Shown here: piece by piece, positions 25,366 through 26,738 of the stretch | Numbering within the stretch: position 1 is the first letter of the stretch | How the letters are laid out: every line of letters begins with the position of its first letter | NCBI GenBank assembly: GCA_035289485.1 | Contig: DATDXA010000050.1 | Location: 1-26,738, forward strand | Reading direction: 5' to 3' | DNA: 26,738 bases | Origin: an archaeon | Lineage (GTDB): Archaea > Iainarchaeota > Iainarchaeia > Iainarchaeales > Iainarchaeaceae | Notes under the pieces: model-generated | What the model saw: the letters and a program-made list of their open reading frames with translations, nothing else | The model's database searches: none | Told to the model about the DNA's origin: nothing | Translations under genes and position numbers: made by a program

Positions 25366-25404
25366 TTTAACCAGAACTTAAAAATTTTTTGAATTCAGGA
25401 AAAT

Positions 25405-25752
25405 TCAGCCGATCATTTTTCCGGGAACGCCAAAACCATCGCCTGTGATGCGCGACTTTTTCCTCTCTTCTAATGAATCCTGAAGCTTTGCAAGGATTTT
25501 CTTTCCCTTCGCCTCATTTACAATTGAAACCACTTCATGCCGAGGCACAGGAGCGCCTGCAACCGGAACCGGCGAATAATCAACCAAAACAAATGAGCCC
25601 TCTTTCACATCATTTGCAATTACCGGGCTGACGCGGAAAATAATCAGGTTCTCATCCCACATCTCAAGAAGCGCGTGCGTAACGGTATCTGAGGATTTCG
25701 AGCCCTTGTCTTCGGGGGAAATGACTTCGAGGATTTTGCCGAGATGGAACAT
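25405..25752 (-). CDS. Hypothetical protein
   Basis: 115-aa compact ORF (MFHLGKILEV...EMWDENL...VLVDY), co-oriented with its neighbours. Confidence 0.8.
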   Translation of the reverse strand: MFHLGKILEVISPEDKGSKSSDTVTHALLEMWDENLIIFRVSPVIANDVKEGSFVLVDYSPVPVAGAPVPRHEVVSIVNEAKGKKILAKLQDSLEERKKSRITGDGFGVPGKMIG

Positions 25753-25776
25753 AAAATATTACCTAGACCCAATATT

Positions 25777-26097
25777 TTATTTAGACATATGCCGTATCTG
25801 GGCAATTCTTGCGTCAATTTCCCCAATACGGATAATCGCATCCATGCCTTTCTCCGTTTTTCCGGATATACTAACACGTTCTTTTTCCAACAATTTTATT
25901 TGGTCACCGGCAAATTCCCTGCGCTTAATAGGAGGGAGCCTTAGCATAACAGTCATAAACTTATCAAACCGAGTAAGTGCTTGATCACGGTGCTCTGCAA
26001 GAGTTAAGGAAACTTCTTTTCTAGTGAAGCCTTTTTTCAGCAGATGCTTTGCAGCCTTTCTATGGGCGCTTTGAAGAGCTGGCAAAAGATGTTTCAT
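25777..26097 (-). CDS. Hypothetical basic protein
   Basis: 106 aa, K/R-rich, with A/T-rich TATA-like sequence upstream. Confidence 0.6.
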   Translation of the reverse strand: MKHLLPALQSAHRKAAKHLLKKGFTRKEVSLTLAEHRDQALTRFDKFMTVMLRLPPIKRREFAGDQIKLLEKERVSISGKTEKGMDAIIRIGEIDARIAQIRHMSK

Positions 26098-26166
26098 GAT
26101 TACCAGATTTAATATAATTTAGGTTATTAATAACCCAATCTATTTGCCAATCTTAGAAAGCAGGAG

Positions 26167-26738
26167 CTAGATTCCCGCTTCCTTCCTCAGCACATCCACC
26201 ATATCCGTCTTCTCCCATGTGAATTCAGGGTCATTGCGCCCGAAATGGCCATATGCGGCAGTTTTTCTGAAAATCGGCCTTTTGAGATCTAAATGCTTTA
26301 TTATCCCCGCCGGCTTGAAGTTGAAAACCTTATTCACAATCTGCTCAAGCTTCTCATCGGAAAGCTTTCCAGTGCCAAAAGTGTTTATGTAAACTGAAAC
26401 TGGGTCGGCTACTCCGATTGCGTATGCAACCTGTATCTCGCAGCGCTCAGCTAGCCCAGCCGCAACAACATTCTTTGCAACATAGCGCCCGAAATATGCG
26501 GCTGAACGGTCAACTTTACTAGGGTCTTTGCCTGAAAATGACCCTCCGCCGTGATGCCCAACGCCGCCGTAGGTGTCAACTATAATTTTTCTTCCAGTAA
26601 GGCCTGAATCTCCTACCGGCCCTCCGATTACAAACCTTCCGGTTGGGTTAATCAGGTATTTTGTATCCGAATCCACCCACTTGCCGCACACGGGCTTTAT
26701 CACTTTCTCAATTACCGTGCGCTCGATTTCCTCGTGCG
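26167..26738 (-). CDS. metK: S-adenosylmethionine synthetase, bacterial/eukaryotic type (5' part outside window)
   Basis: [63 protein letters not shown]; reading frame open to the window edge. Confidence 0.97.
   Translation of the reverse strand, partial: HEEIERTVIEKVIKPVCGKWVDSDTKYLINPTGRFVIGGPVGDSGLTGRKIIVDTYGGVGHHGGGSFSGKDPSKVDRSAAYFGRYVAKNVVAAGLAERCEIQVAYAIGVADPVSVYINTFGTGKLSDEKLEQIVNKVFNFKPAGIIKHLDLKRPIFRKTAAYGHFGRNDPEFTWEKTDMVDVLRKEAGI

Overview
Chromosomal window from an archaeon, most likely DPANN (Diapherotrites/Iainarchaeota-like). This is inferred from the BHB-intron tRNA, A-type ATP synthase, TATA/BRE promoters, leaderless genes and TrmB regulator. It opens with the left end of an IS5-family (IS903-like) element whose transposase runs off the window and is absent from the ORF track. 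It then carries a secreted/membrane protein, a 30-aa zinc-finger-like microprotein, a densely structured intergenic region, tRNA-Pro(CGG) with a 92-nt intron, pyrG, TraB, a CDP-alcohol phosphatidyltransferase, a D-2-hydroxyacid dehydrogenase, a membrane DsbA-like protein, an RHH/PemK toxin-antitoxin pair, sufS, a complete A/V-type ATP synthase operon (H-I-K-E-C-F-A-B-D), a cupin, a DUF6516/HTH pair, TrmB with divergent membrane proteins, YbaK, a PQQ sugar dehydrogenase, an EVE-like protein and the 3' part of a bacterial-type metK. The standout observation is a ~50-bp dispersed repeat in three copies: just 3' of the tRNA, inside the tRNA intron, and just after atpK. Each copy is a Watson-Crick hairpin plus a mirror-repeated third tract, the geometry of an intrastrand triple helix, with a constant 8-nt linker and an indel that covaries in all three tracts.
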